Shown here: piece after piece, positions 39,005 through 48,161 of the stretch
Numbering within the stretch: the first letter of the stretch is position 1
Layout of the letters: the number at the start of each line of letters is the position of its first letter
From: Candidatus Latescibacterota bacterium
Lineage (GTDB): Bacteria; Latescibacterota; UBA2968; UBA8231
Reading direction: 5' to 3'
Assembly (NCBI GenBank): GCA_965217585.1
Contig: OZ244561.1
Location: 6,272,001-6,336,000, forward strand
Length of the DNA: 64,000 nucleotides
Program-made: the position numbers and the translations under genes
Notes under the pieces: model-generated
Databases searched by the model: none
Seen by the model: the letters and a program-made list of their open reading frames with translations, nothing else
Told to the model about the DNA's origin: nothing

Positions 39005-40199
39005 CTCCCAAGACGCCGAGGAAGCCTTCGGAGTCGCGGTGATCGAAGTCGCCGATGGCCTCCATGGAAGCGGTGTCCTCGCTGTAGAGCGAGTGGGGAG
39101 CGTCGCTGGCTGCGCAAAAGGCGACGTGGCCCTTGTAGAGCGAGACAGAGATGGTCCCAGTCGCCAATTGATTAAAATGCTCAATGACCTTCCAGCTCGC
39201 TTGGGTCGCCGTGTCAAACCAATAGCCTTGGTAGATTTGCTCGGCGATAAACTCGGAGGCAAAGGTGAAGATCCGCCGGGCACGGCGGTCGAGAATGAGC
39301 TGGAGCAAGTAATCGTAGCACTGGCCGAGTAGCTCTAGGGCCGGTGCCTCATAGACGCCGCGCGACTTGATGCCAACGAAGCGATTTTCCACTGCGTGTA
39401 AGCCAATGCCGACACCGTGCCGTCCGGCGATGGCGTTGCTCTGCTCGATGGCCTCGACCGGGCCCACAGGACGGCCATTGATGGAGATCGGGACACCTCG
39501 TTCAAAGCGCACGGTAAAAACCTCTGCTGCATCCGGGGCTTGCTGTGGGAAACAGCCCATGCCGGGTGCGATTAGGCTGGTCGCGGTGTCTAAGGCTTCG
39601 AGCTGGCCAGCTTCGTGCGTCAGCCCGAGCATGTTGGCGTCCGTGGAGTAGGGCTTGTCTGGGGTGGCGGTTATGGGTAGGCCATGCCCCTGACAGTAAG
39701 CGATCATTTCGCTGCGCCCACCGAAGTTTTGCAAGAACGCCGGGTCGCGCCAGGGAGCGTACACCTCGATGTGCGGCGCGAGCATCTGCGCCGCCAGTTG
39801 GAAGCGGACTTGGTCGTTGCCGCGCCCGGTGGCCCCATGCGCCATCACTTGGGTGCCGCGCTCCTGCATGTGGGGCAACATGCCGGCCACCGTCACGTGC
39901 CGGGCGATGCCGGTGGTGTTCCAATAGCCCCCCTCGTAGCGGGCTTGGGCTTGGACGAGTTGGATGCCGGCTTGGCAGATAGCCTCTCTGCGGTCGTCGA
40001 GGATCATTTCAGCGGCCCCACAGGCTTGCATCCGGCTCCGTATGTCTTCGATGCGCTCCTCGTCGGGCTGGCCCAGACCGGCGGTATAGGCGACGACCTC
40101 TAGGCCTTGGGATTGGAGCCAATGGGTGATGGTACAGCTATCGAGGCCACCCGACGCGGCCAGCATGACCTTCTGGCCCTTTAGATCTGCGATATTCAT
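38940..40199 (-). CDS. argG: Argininosuccinate synthase
   Basis: ASGGLDS, HGATGRGNDQVRF, YSTDANMLG, ENRFVGIKSRGVYEAP; SD AAGGAG. Confidence 0.95.
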   Translation of the reverse strand: MNIADLKGQKVMLAASGGLDSCTITHWLQSQGLEVVAYTAGLGQPDEERIEDIRSRMQACGAAEMILDDRREAICQAGIQLVQAQARYEGGYWNTTGIARHVTVAGMLPHMQERGTQVMAHGATGRGNDQVRFQLAAQMLAPHIEVYAPWRDPAFLQNFGGRSEMIAYCQGHGLPITATPDKPYSTDANMLGLTHEAGQLEALDTATSLIAPGMGCFPQQAPDAAEVFTVRFERGVPISINGRPVGPVEAIEQSNAIAGRHGVGIGLHAVENRFVGIKSRGVYEAPALELLGQCYDYLLQLILDRRARRIFTFASEFIAEQIYQGYWFDTATQASWKVIEHFNQLATGTISVSLYKGHVAFCAASDAPHSLYSEDTASMEAIGDFDHRDSEGFLGVLGVSARALHQAGQIAQPNGDIEA

Positions 40200-40232
40200 G
40201 GTTGCTCCTTTTGTAGGTAGAGAAAATAATAT

Positions 40233-40270
40233 AATAAATAAAAATTCTTAATCAAGAATAATTATCATTA
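40233..40270. promoter_or_regulatory. Tandem ARG-box-like operator upstream of argG
   Basis: TAAATAAAAATTCT (40235-48) and AGAATAATTATCAT (40255-68) compared with consensus TGAATWWWWATTCA, 20 bp apart. Confidence 0.5.
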
Positions 40271-40297
40271 AATATAGCAAATAAGCCGTGCTTTATC

Positions 40298-40326
40298 TTG
40301 ACAGTTTTCACCCGCGAGAATATCAT
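40298..40326 (+). promoter_or_regulatory. Sigma70 promoter probably giving a leaderless mRNA
   Basis: TTGACA-17 nt-TATCAT, with ATG 7 nt after the -10 box and no SD. Confidence 0.7.
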
Positions 40327-40332
40327 TAGCAA

Positions 40333-41205
40333 ATGCTCATTGACGCGCATAATCACCCCAATTGGCACGGGTTTAACGCCGCCAAAATCCTGCGCAACAT
40401 GGACGAGCAGGGCATCGACCAGATGTGGCTTTTCTCGTGGGAGGTCCCTGCAGATGAATACTCGCCTTCGTATCACTCGGTGTTGCCCCCTACGGGCTTG
40501 GGGATTCCCTTAGAAGACGTACTGGCCGTCGGCAGAGAAGCGCCCGAGCGCTTTGTCCTTGGCTATATGCCTCATCCCAAGCGGCCCGACGCCATAGATC
40601 GGCTCAAGGCCGCGGTCGAAATCCACGGCGTGCAGGTCGCCTCCGAGCTGAAGGTGCGCCTGACGTTTGACGATCCAGACGCGCTGCGCCTGTACGAGGC
40701 TTGCGGCGCGATGCGCTTGCCCATTACGATCCATCTCGACTATCCAATCGACCACGGCCGCGGTGGTTATCCGCGCCCCAACTGGTGGTACGGCGGCAGC
40801 CTCGACGCGCTTGAACGCGCAGTTGCGGCCTGCCCACAGACGGTCTTTATCGGCCATGCCCCCGGGTTCTGGGCCCATATTTCCGGGGACGATCGCTACG
40901 CCAAGGAGAGCTACCCGAGCGGCCCAGTGCTGCCGAATGGACGCTTGGCCCCGATGATGCGCCAGTACCGCAATCTATATGCCGATCTGTCGGCCGGGTC
41001 AGGGTTGCGCGCGCTGCAAAGGGACCGGCGCTTCGGGCGCGATTTTCTCCTCGAATTTCAGGACAAATTGCTCTTTGGTCGGGACTACTTTGACACCCAA
41101 TTGATGGATTTTCTGCGCACCCTTGAGCTGCCTGCGGAAGCCTTTGACAAGATCGCCTACCAAAACGCCGAGCGCCTCTTGTCTTCCTACTTAGACGCGC
41201 CGTGA
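40333..41205 (+). CDS. Amidohydrolase_2 family protein
   Basis: IDAHNH, ELK, PITIHLD, FIGHAPGFW, NLYADLSAGSG, LLFGRD. Confidence 0.88.
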   Translation: MLIDAHNHPNWHGFNAAKILRNMDEQGIDQMWLFSWEVPADEYSPSYHSVLPPTGLGIPLEDVLAVGREAPERFVLGYMPHPKRPDAIDRLKAAVEIHGVQVASELKVRLTFDDPDALRLYEACGAMRLPITIHLDYPIDHGRGGYPRPNWWYGGSLDALERAVAACPQTVFIGHAPGFWAHISGDDRYAKESYPSGPVLPNGRLAPMMRQYRNLYADLSAGSGLRALQRDRRFGRDFLLEFQDKLLFGRDYFDTQLMDFLRTLELPAEAFDKIAYQNAERLLSSYLDAP

Positions 41206-41227
41206 AAACGGCCACGAGCTAAAAGTC

Positions 41228-42214
41228 ATGGGGGTATGGGAGGCAGCGGGCCTGATGGCCCTATCCTTCGCGCTGTTGGCCAAATGTGCCGACTATCTAG
41301 TGGAGGGAGCCATTGATATTGCGCACTACCTCCGCGCTCCGCCGATCTTGATCGGCATCGTCATCGTCGGCATCGGCACCACCGCGCCTGAGCTGGCGGT
41401 CTCTGTGACCGCCGCCCTTGGGGACAAACCCGAAGTGGCGCTGGGCAATGCCGTGGGGTCAGTCATTTACGACGATGGCTTGGCCCTGCCCATGGCCGCG
41501 CTTTTTGCCACTGCGGCCATTGCCATCGACCGCGTCGTGCTGCGCTCGGCGGCGATTTTTCTTATCACCGTAGATCTGGTCGCTTGGTACATGGCCTCCG
41601 ACGGGACGCTGGCTCGGGTAGAAGGCGGCGCGTTGGTGGGTCTTTTTATCCTATACCTAATATATTCGTTCTGGGAGCAGAAGCGGCGGCCGCGTGCCGA
41701 GACCAGCGAGGATGAGGCCCCCCCCCGCAGCCTCTGGGTGGTAGCGTTGCTATTCGGCGGCGGCTTGGTCGGTGTGGTCGTCAGTAGCCACTTTATCGTC
41801 GAGGCGACCCCGGTGGTGGCGATGGCGTTGGGGCTGCCAGACGTGGTCATCGGCTTGGTAGTCGTGGCTTTGGGTACTTCGATACCCGAGATCGCCACCT
41901 GCATTGTCGCCGCCCGCAAGGGCCAAGGGGCTTTGGCGGTGGGCAACATCCTCGGGGCCGACATCCTCAATATCTGCTGGATCGCCGGTGCCTCGGCCTT
42001 GGCTAATCCGCTGGTGGTTCCGGCCGACGTGGTCAATTTCATGTTCCCGTGGATGCTGGTAATCGTGCTGGCGATGCTCGGGTTGATGCGCTTTGGTTAC
42101 GAGTTAAACCGCTGGAAGGGCTTGGTGTTGTTGGCGTTGTGCATTGCTTATTTGATCGCGCTTTTCGCGAATAACCCCGGTGCGCTGGCTCCGGGCATTG
42201 AGAAAGGAGTGTAG
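41228..42214 (+). CDS. Calcium/sodium antiporter (YrbG-like)
   Basis: Alpha repeats GTTAPELAVS...GNAVGS and GTSIPEIA...GNILGA; about 10 TM segments. Confidence 0.92.
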   Translation: MGVWEAAGLMALSFALLAKCADYLVEGAIDIAHYLRAPPILIGIVIVGIGTTAPELAVSVTAALGDKPEVALGNAVGSVIYDDGLALPMAALFATAAIAIDRVVLRSAAIFLITVDLVAWYMASDGTLARVEGGALVGLFILYLIYSFWEQKRRPRAETSEDEAPPRSLWVVALLFGGGLVGVVVSSHFIVEATPVVAMALGLPDVVIGLVVVALGTSIPEIATCIVAARKGQGALAVGNILGADILNICWIAGASALANPLVVPADVVNFMFPWMLVIVLAMLGLMRFGYELNRWKGLVLLALCIAYLIALFANNPGALAPGIEKGV

Positions 42215-42215
42215 T

Positions 42216-42986
42216 TTGGATCTGGAACTCAAAGACAAAGTCGCCTTGGTTACTGGGGCTAGCCGCGGCATTGGCAAGCGCATTGCCTCGGCCTTGGCCA
42301 CCGAGGGTGCGCGGCTCTGTATCTGCGCCCGCGGTGCCGACGCGCTGGCGGAAGCGGCCGCCGAATTAACAAGTGGAGGTGCGCAGGTGGAGGCCACCGC
42401 GCAAGATGTGACGACGCCGGAGGGCGCGATCGCCGTGGTGGAGGCTGCGAAAAATCGCTTTGGTGGGCTCGACATTCTCGTAAACAATGTCGGCGGGGCG
42501 AAGTGGACCCCCTTTGTCGAAATCGACGATGCCGAGTGGAACGACAGCATCAACTTGAGCTTCCTCTCAGCCGTGCGGGTGAGCCGTGCGGCGATCCCCG
42601 TGATGGAAGCGCGTGGGGGTGGCAGCATCGTCCACATCTCTTCGATTTTTGGCCGCGAAACCGGCGGGCCTATCGCCTATAATGCCGCCAAAGCGGCGCT
42701 GATCAGCCTAGGGGCCAACTTGGCCATTGAGGCGGCCAAAAAGAACATCCGCGTCAATACTGTGGCCCCAGGCTCCATTCTCTTTCCCGGAGGAAGCTGG
42801 GAGCGGCGGATGAAGGAAAATCCAGCGCAAATCCAGGCCTTTATCGACGCCAATATACCCTTTGGCCGCTTTGGCACCCCGGAGGAGGTCGCCGATGTAG
42901 TGGCCTTCTTGGCGTCCGACCGGTCGCAATGGGTGACCGGTGCCTGTATCAATGTCGATGGGGGGCAATCCAAGTCCAATATATGA
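42216..42986 (+). CDS. SDR family oxidoreductase
   Basis: VTGASRGIG, LVNNVG, YNAAK, NTVAPG, INVDGG; TTG start after SD AAGGAG. Confidence 0.92.
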   Translation: MDLELKDKVALVTGASRGIGKRIASALATEGARLCICARGADALAEAAAELTSGGAQVEATAQDVTTPEGAIAVVEAAKNRFGGLDILVNNVGGAKWTPFVEIDDAEWNDSINLSFLSAVRVSRAAIPVMEARGGGSIVHISSIFGRETGGPIAYNAAKAALISLGANLAIEAAKKNIRVNTVAPGSILFPGGSWERRMKENPAQIQAFIDANIPFGRFGTPEEVADVVAFLASDRSQWVTGACINVDGGQSKSNI

Positions 42987-44197
42987 GCGGCTATGCGCGA
43001 TGGATGCGTTGGTTGGCTTGGGCGGCGTGCGGGGTCGGCTGGGCCGCGGCCGCTACGGCTGATGACGTGGTGGCACTCAGGCAACAGTACAACCAAGTAT
43101 CCGCCAGCATCGACACCTTGGTCCGCCTCTATGGGGGGGACAAGCTGCGCGAATTGGCAAAGCAAAAAGAAAACAACCGGCTATTGCCGGCCAATTCCAA
43201 ACTAGTGCTGATTTTTTGGGCCGACGACGAAGCCGAGCTGTACCTCAATGGGCACCGGATCGGGGAGACACGCTTGACCCCGACTCGAGTCGAAATTCCC
43301 GTCGTGTACCTGCGCAAGTCCAATGTTTTGCGCGCCCATTGCTGGGACACCGACCGGGTCGAGAGCGGCTTTATGGCCGGTTTGTACCTGCAAGACGGCC
43401 GTGGCCGCTTGCGCAAGGTGCTGGCTACCGGCGACGGTCGCTGGTGGGTGGCCGGCCAGCGGGCCGAGCCGCGTTTTTACAACCACAGCCTGCCCGACAT
43501 TCCCGGGGCCGAGGTCATCTGGGGGACGGCGCTTTTTGGCGAGGTCGAATTAGAGGCCCGCTTTGACGCCGCGCAATTGGCCCGAGCTGCGCGCCGCCGC
43601 CCGCTCTCCGGCGCGGCCGGTGCTACGCGACACCAGCCCCAGCCTATGGAGACGCATATGGTCGTCAGCCGTCTGGTGCATCTGCAAAAGCAACGCGATG
43701 AATTGGCGCAAAAACTTCAAGCTCGCCGCAGCGCGACACAGGACGTGCTTTATCAGGGGTTTGTCCGTGGGCGGCTGGCTTTTTCCCTCGGGAAAGCGAG
43801 TAGATTGGCCGAAGTCGAAAGCATAGACGCGGCGAAAAAACTGCTCGCTTGGACCGAGGAACTGCCCGCCGCGCAACGCGAGTTGGTTTTCCCGAAAAAA
43901 CAGGCCCTCAAAGGTGCGAGCCACGTCGTGCCGCAGCGCACCTTGACCGGCGCGGCGAGCGGGGAAGCAGACCGCCGCCGAGACTACGCACCCCCGGCCG
44001 CACGCGGCTCAGCCAAAGGCGAAGGTCGCTCTACTGGATCGGGGGGTACGGGTGTACAGGAATCGTCCGCTCGGGGTATCCGCGTCGGCCTCAGTGCGCC
44101 GTGGAAACTGTGGGGGATTGCGACCGGCCTGCTGTTCTATCTGGGGGTGGCAAGTCGGCAGTGGTGGAAGCTCTTCAGCGCGAAGGAATGGACGTAG
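42983..44197 (+). CDS. Hypothetical exported protein with a beta-sandwich-like segment and C-terminal membrane anchor
   Basis: Signal-like N-terminus ending AAATA/DD; FWADDEAELYLNG; Gly/Ser linker; TM WGIATGLLFYLGVA followed by a basic tail. Confidence 0.7.
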   Translation: MSGYARWMRWLAWAACGVGWAAAATADDVVALRQQYNQVSASIDTLVRLYGGDKLRELAKQKENNRLLPANSKLVLIFWADDEAELYLNGHRIGETRLTPTRVEIPVVYLRKSNVLRAHCWDTDRVESGFMAGLYLQDGRGRLRKVLATGDGRWWVAGQRAEPRFYNHSLPDIPGAEVIWGTALFGEVELEARFDAAQLARAARRRPLSGAAGATRHQPQPMETHMVVSRLVHLQKQRDELAQKLQARRSATQDVLYQGFVRGRLAFSLGKASRLAEVESIDAAKKLLAWTEELPAAQRELVFPKKQALKGASHVVPQRTLTGAASGEADRRRDYAPPAARGSAKGEGRSTGSGGTGVQESSARGIRVGLSAPWKLWGIATGLLFYLGVASRQWWKLFSAKEWT

Positions 44198-44200
44198 GGA

Positions 44201-44986
44201 ATGGGCCTCTTGAACGACGAATTAGTATTAGTCAGCAGCATCCTGTTGGTACTGGCCGGTGGAGTCAGCGTTAGCTGTTTGCACTTGCGACGAGCCCGGC
44301 GCATGCGCCGGCACGACGCAGCGTACTCTCTGTACCTGCATCGCTTGCAGCTCATCGGCAGCGGCATGGGCGTGCTGACCGGGTTTACCGTCGGGGCGCT
44401 GGCTGCTTATTACCTATTTATCAACCCGCAGCCGGCCAGTGTCTTTGCGTGGATTGGCCGCTTCTCATACGTGCTGATCGCTTGGTCGGCTGGCGGCCAT
44501 CTGTTGAGCTTGGCACACATTAATTTGCATCTTCGTCGCGAGGAACGGGCTTGGCAGCGGGGAGGAGGTCCCGGCCCTAATACCTTAGGCCGCAGGAGAA
44601 TGGAGAAGCTAGCAGAGTTGCAGCGCCAACCCGGCAACTACAGCGACCGCAAGGACAGGGACGAGGAACTGGTGGACGAGCTTGTGGGTATTATCGGCGA
44701 CCCTTTGACGCACGTGCGCCGCGATCTGGCGAGGATACCCCTGTACGGCTATTTGGGCACGGTCTGCGGCATCCTGCTGACCGCGCAGGAATTGAGTCAG
44801 ATCGACGAAGCGACCCAGACCTTTAAGGCACTCAGCGCCATGGCCGAAGGCTTGGTTTTGGCCTTTAAGACCACGCTCGTCGGCCTCTTGGCCTACTTGC
44901 CGCTGCGCAAGATAGCCGACTACTTGGTCCAGCGGCTCGCCCGGCAGGAGGACGCTTGGGTCCGAGAGAGGAATAGAAGATTGTGA
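44201..44986 (+). CDS. MotA/TolQ/ExbB proton channel family protein
   Basis: IPLYGYLGTVCGI and GLVLAFKTTLVGL channel helices; three extra N-terminal TMs. Confidence 0.8.
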   Translation: MGLLNDELVLVSSILLVLAGGVSVSCLHLRRARRMRRHDAAYSLYLHRLQLIGSGMGVLTGFTVGALAAYYLFINPQPASVFAWIGRFSYVLIAWSAGGHLLSLAHINLHLRREERAWQRGGGPGPNTLGRRRMEKLAELQRQPGNYSDRKDRDEELVDELVGIIGDPLTHVRRDLARIPLYGYLGTVCGILLTAQELSQIDEATQTFKALSAMAEGLVLAFKTTLVGLLAYLPLRKIADYLVQRLARQEDAWVRERNRRL

Positions 44987-45402
44987 GCCGCTATCTCAAG
45001 CGCCAAGCCGCCGAGTTCGAAGAACACGATATTAGCAAGGAACTCTTCTTGGGGATTATGATGCTGATGCTGTGCTTGGGTATTATGATTCTCAACGCGA
45101 CGCAACCGGTCTGGCGGGTACATCGCCACGACCCACAGCATGGGGATCGGGTCGTGCTATACACGAGCGCGGGCATGGGGCTGTCGCGCGATGGCTACAC
45201 TATCGACAGCCCCTTGAGCGAGTGGGAGTTCCGCCGGATGGTGCGCCGCCTCGCGGCCGAACCCGAAGCCAACTTGCACTTATTTCTCAAAGGAGGCAGC
45301 CGCGAGCGGCTGGCCAAACACGCGTCGTTTGCCGACTCGCTGCTTTCGACCGACCAAGCCGGAGAAAAGGTGCGCTCGGCGGTCTATGTCCATACTTGGT
45401 GA
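44983..45402 (+). CDS. Single-TM ExbD/TolR/MotB-like partner protein
   Basis: GTGA overlap with the ExbB-like gene; short charged N-terminus, one TM (ELFLGIMMLMLCLGIMIL), small soluble domain. Confidence 0.6.
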   Translation: MSRYLKRQAAEFEEHDISKELFLGIMMLMLCLGIMILNATQPVWRVHRHDPQHGDRVVLYTSAGMGLSRDGYTIDSPLSEWEFRRMVRRLAAEPEANLHLFLKGGSRERLAKHASFADSLLSTDQAGEKVRSAVYVHTW

Positions 45403-45410
45403 ATGCCGAG

Positions 45411-46229
45411 CTATTCCTTGAGTATCGCCAAGACGCCCGTGCCACCGGCCAACTCGTTGAGGAACGTGACCTGCACTCCAGCTTCGCCGCGCTTAATTTC
45501 GTAGTCATCTCCCTTCCTAAGCTTGCCGTAGTGATCAACGAGGGCCTTGACCTCGCCTGCTAGCGCGATGGTTTGGCCGATGGGCGCGACTTGGGTGCCT
45601 GGGCTGTCGCGGCGGATCTGTTTAGCCAACTCGTATTGCTTGCGGAACCCGCTGCCAAAGGGCCGGTGGGTTTTGAGATAGCCCAGCTCTATGAGCTGTG
45701 TCTCGTTGGCAGCGTAGAGGTACACTGCGTTTTGCGCTGCGGCTTGGGCCTCGTCCAGTTCGGCCTTGGTCTGGGCCAACTCTTGCTCTAGGCGACGGAT
45801 GTGATCGCTCTGGCGGCGGATGCTACTATGGGTTTCCAGCAGTTCGCCATTGAGGCGGTCGGTCTCGGCACGCAACTGGGAAATGGTGTAGCGGTCCGCT
45901 TGCTTTTCCCTTCTTAGCTGCTCGATTTCGAGCTTTAACCGCGCATTGCTCTGCTTGTATTCGGTGGCCAGTTTACTCCAGTGCCGTAGCTCCTTGTTGA
46001 GCTTTTGCACGTTTTTGAGGAGCTTGTCGTTGACTTGTTGGGTGCTGTCAACCTGCGCCCGCATGTTGTCGAGCAAGCGGTTGGAGTCGTCGAGCGAGTA
46101 GGTAAGCGAGTCAATGGCGGCGTTGGCCCGGCCTATGTCGCTTTGTAATTGGAGGAGGAGCATCTCCTGCTCCTTATCGGTGCAGGCGGCGAGAAACAGG
46201 GCGATGAAAGGGATGAGGGTGCGTTTCAT
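45411..46229 (-). CDS. Coiled-coil lipoprotein
   Basis: Lipobox LAAC, about 145 aa of heptads, C-terminal globular domain (NAVYLYA...LIELGYLK); SD AAGGAG. Confidence 0.8.
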   Translation of the reverse strand: MKRTLIPFIALFLAACTDKEQEMLLLQLQSDIGRANAAIDSLTYSLDDSNRLLDNMRAQVDSTQQVNDKLLKNVQKLNKELRHWSKLATEYKQSNARLKLEIEQLRREKQADRYTISQLRAETDRLNGELLETHSSIRRQSDHIRRLEQELAQTKAELDEAQAAAQNAVYLYAANETQLIELGYLKTHRPFGSGFRKQYELAKQIRRDSPGTQVAPIGQTIALAGEVKALVDHYGKLRKGDDYEIKRGEAGVQVTFLNELAGGTGVLAILKE

Positions 46230-46239
46230 TGTCGGCTCC

Positions 46240-47007
46240 TTAAGGCGTTAGGGATGTTCCACTATATAGGCTATCAACTTGGGCCATGGTTTGGTTGAAG
46301 TCGTTGTGCAGGGCGCTCAGGCTGCGGGCGAGTGCGTCGAGTTTTTGGACCGAGAACTTTTGGGTCTCGCGGGCGGCGGCGATTTTGTCTATGATCGCCT
46401 GCTGATTGCGCTGAAAAGTCGCGGTTTGCTCTTGCAGGCGGGCCAACTTGCTGTTGAGGGGGCCGAGCTGCGCCTGCACGCTCGCCAAGGAGAGCTTGTG
46501 GGTATCGGCGAGGTTTTGGTAGCGCAGGTCTTCCTCTTGGAAGCGTTCTTCGAGCTTGCGGTCGGTATCGGATTGATAGCGCAGCCGCTCCTTGCGCTCG
46601 GCGTCCGTTTTGTTTTGCAGCGCGTTGTTGTGATCGATTTGGTTCGCTAGTTGGTTGCGGGTGCGCTTGTGGTGATCCTTTTCGTTTTGCAGGAGGGAGC
46701 GGATCTCGAATTCAGAGGCGGTCAGATTGGCTTTTTCCTCTAGCTGGCCAATGAGCCGAGTGCTCAGCTCGGAGAGGCGAGTGGAGAAGTTCTCCATTTG
46801 CGTGTCTAGCTGATGGCGGTGCTCCTTTTGCCGCTCGTGATTGATAAAGAGCACCAAGCCCATGACACAGCCGACGACGACAGTGGTGTACACGGCGAGG
46901 ATCAGCACGTGTTTGCGCTCGAAGGGATCCGCGATTCGGAGCAGGCCCAAAAACCCGCCCCAAACCAAGAGGACGCCTCCTAAAATTGCCGCGATGATAA
47001 CGTTCAC
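46240..47007 (-). CDS. Two-TM membrane protein with a long coiled coil
   Basis: GTG start (MNVIIAAILGG), two hydrophobic helices, then Q/E/K/L-rich heptads. Confidence 0.75.
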   Translation of the reverse strand: MNVIIAAILGGVLLVWGGFLGLLRIADPFERKHVLILAVYTTVVVGCVMGLVLFINHERQKEHRHQLDTQMENFSTRLSELSTRLIGQLEEKANLTASEFEIRSLLQNEKDHHKRTRNQLANQIDHNNALQNKTDAERKERLRYQSDTDRKLEERFQEEDLRYQNLADTHKLSLASVQAQLGPLNSKLARLQEQTATFQRNQQAIIDKIAAARETQKFSVQKLDALARSLSALHNDFNQTMAQVDSLYSGTSLTP

Positions 47008-47111
47008 GAGGCCTCGAATGGCGCGATAAAGAAAAAAAGAATAACTAAATATAAGTATATAAGTAATACAGCAGCCCATGGAGGCGCAACCATCACGAGA
47101 AGGAGGTGCTT

Positions 47112-48161
47112 ATGCAGCGGAAAGTTGCCGCTATTGACGGCCGCGGTCAGGGGGTATGCCTAGAGGAAGCCATGCCCGCACTCGGCCCCGGCGAGGTAAA
47201 AGTGCGGGTGGAGGCTTCGTTGATCAGCCCGGGGACCGAGTTGGGGAGGGTTGGGGCGATGCGGGAAACCCCCCAACCCCACAGGCCACCGCGTCCCTTT
47301 GGCTACACCAACGCCGGCGTCGTCGAAGAGGTCGGGGCCGAGGTAGAGCAATTCGAGGTGGGGCAGGGCGTGGCCTGCATGGGGGGTGGGTATGCCCTGC
47401 ACGCCGATTGGGCCTGTGTGCCGCAGAACTTGTGCGCGGCCATACCCGAGGGCGTTGGCTTTGCCGAGGCCGCGTCTGTGCATCTGGCGGCGACCGGATT
47501 ACACGCAGTGCGCCGCATAGCTCCTTTGTACGGGGAAAATGGGGTCGTCGTTGGGTTGGGTTTGGTCGGCCAGTTCGCTGCCCAATTCGCCCAGTTAAGC
47601 GGCTGCCACGTCTCGGGGGTCGATCGCTTTGCGCGCCGTCGAGACATTGCCCGGCAGGTAGGCATCGAGTGCGTCGTCGATCCGACCGTGCAAGACGTGA
47701 TCGAGCAGGCCGGGAAATTCACCCGAGGGTATGGCATGGATTTCGGCGTCATTGCCTTTGGCGGCGAGGCTAGCGATGCCTTTGCCACCATCTATCAGAG
47801 CCTAAAGCAAGCGCCAGATACGCATCGCATGGGGCGCATTGTCCTCGTGGGAGGAGCACAGGTAACGCATGGCTTTGGATCCGCGCTGGGCAACGTAGAT
47901 GTGCGGAGTGCGGCACGCACCGGTCCCGGCTATCACGACCCAGCGTACGAGCGCGGCCAAGCGTATCCCGAGGTCTTCGTCGAGTGGCCGACGCAGCGCA
48001 ACCTAGCCGAGTGCCTGCGCGCCATGGCCGCTGGGAAGCTGCGCGTCCAACCGCTCTATACCCACGAGTTTGCCCTTGAAGAAATCGCCGCGGCCGTAGA
48101 TGTACTCGTCGAGTCGCCGGCCGAGGCGCTGGGGGTCGTGCTCAAACCGGCTCGCCGGTGA
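47112..48161 (+). CDS. MDR (zinc-binding dehydrogenase-like) oxidoreductase
   Basis: SLISPGTE, PFGYTNAG, VVGLGLVG, GPGYHDPAYE; the catalytic Zn Cys is not evident. Confidence 0.85.
   Translation: MQRKVAAIDGRGQGVCLEEAMPALGPGEVKVRVEASLISPGTELGRVGAMRETPQPHRPPRPFGYTNAGVVEEVGAEVEQFEVGQGVACMGGGYALHADWACVPQNLCAAIPEGVGFAEAASVHLAATGLHAVRRIAPLYGENGVVVGLGLVGQFAAQFAQLSGCHVSGVDRFARRRDIARQVGIECVVDPTVQDVIEQAGKFTRGYGMDFGVIAFGGEASDAFATIYQSLKQAPDTHRMGRIVLVGGAQVTHGFGSALGNVDVRSAARTGPGYHDPAYERGQAYPEVFVEWPTQRNLAECLRAMAAGKLRVQPLYTHEFALEEIAAAVDVLVESPAEALGVVLKPARR

Noticed and set aside
44201-45402. Zorya (ZorAB) or flagellar stator call
   Set aside because: No long ZorA tail, no OmpA-like peptidoglycan-binding domain on the partner, and no zorCDE or flagellar genes nearby.
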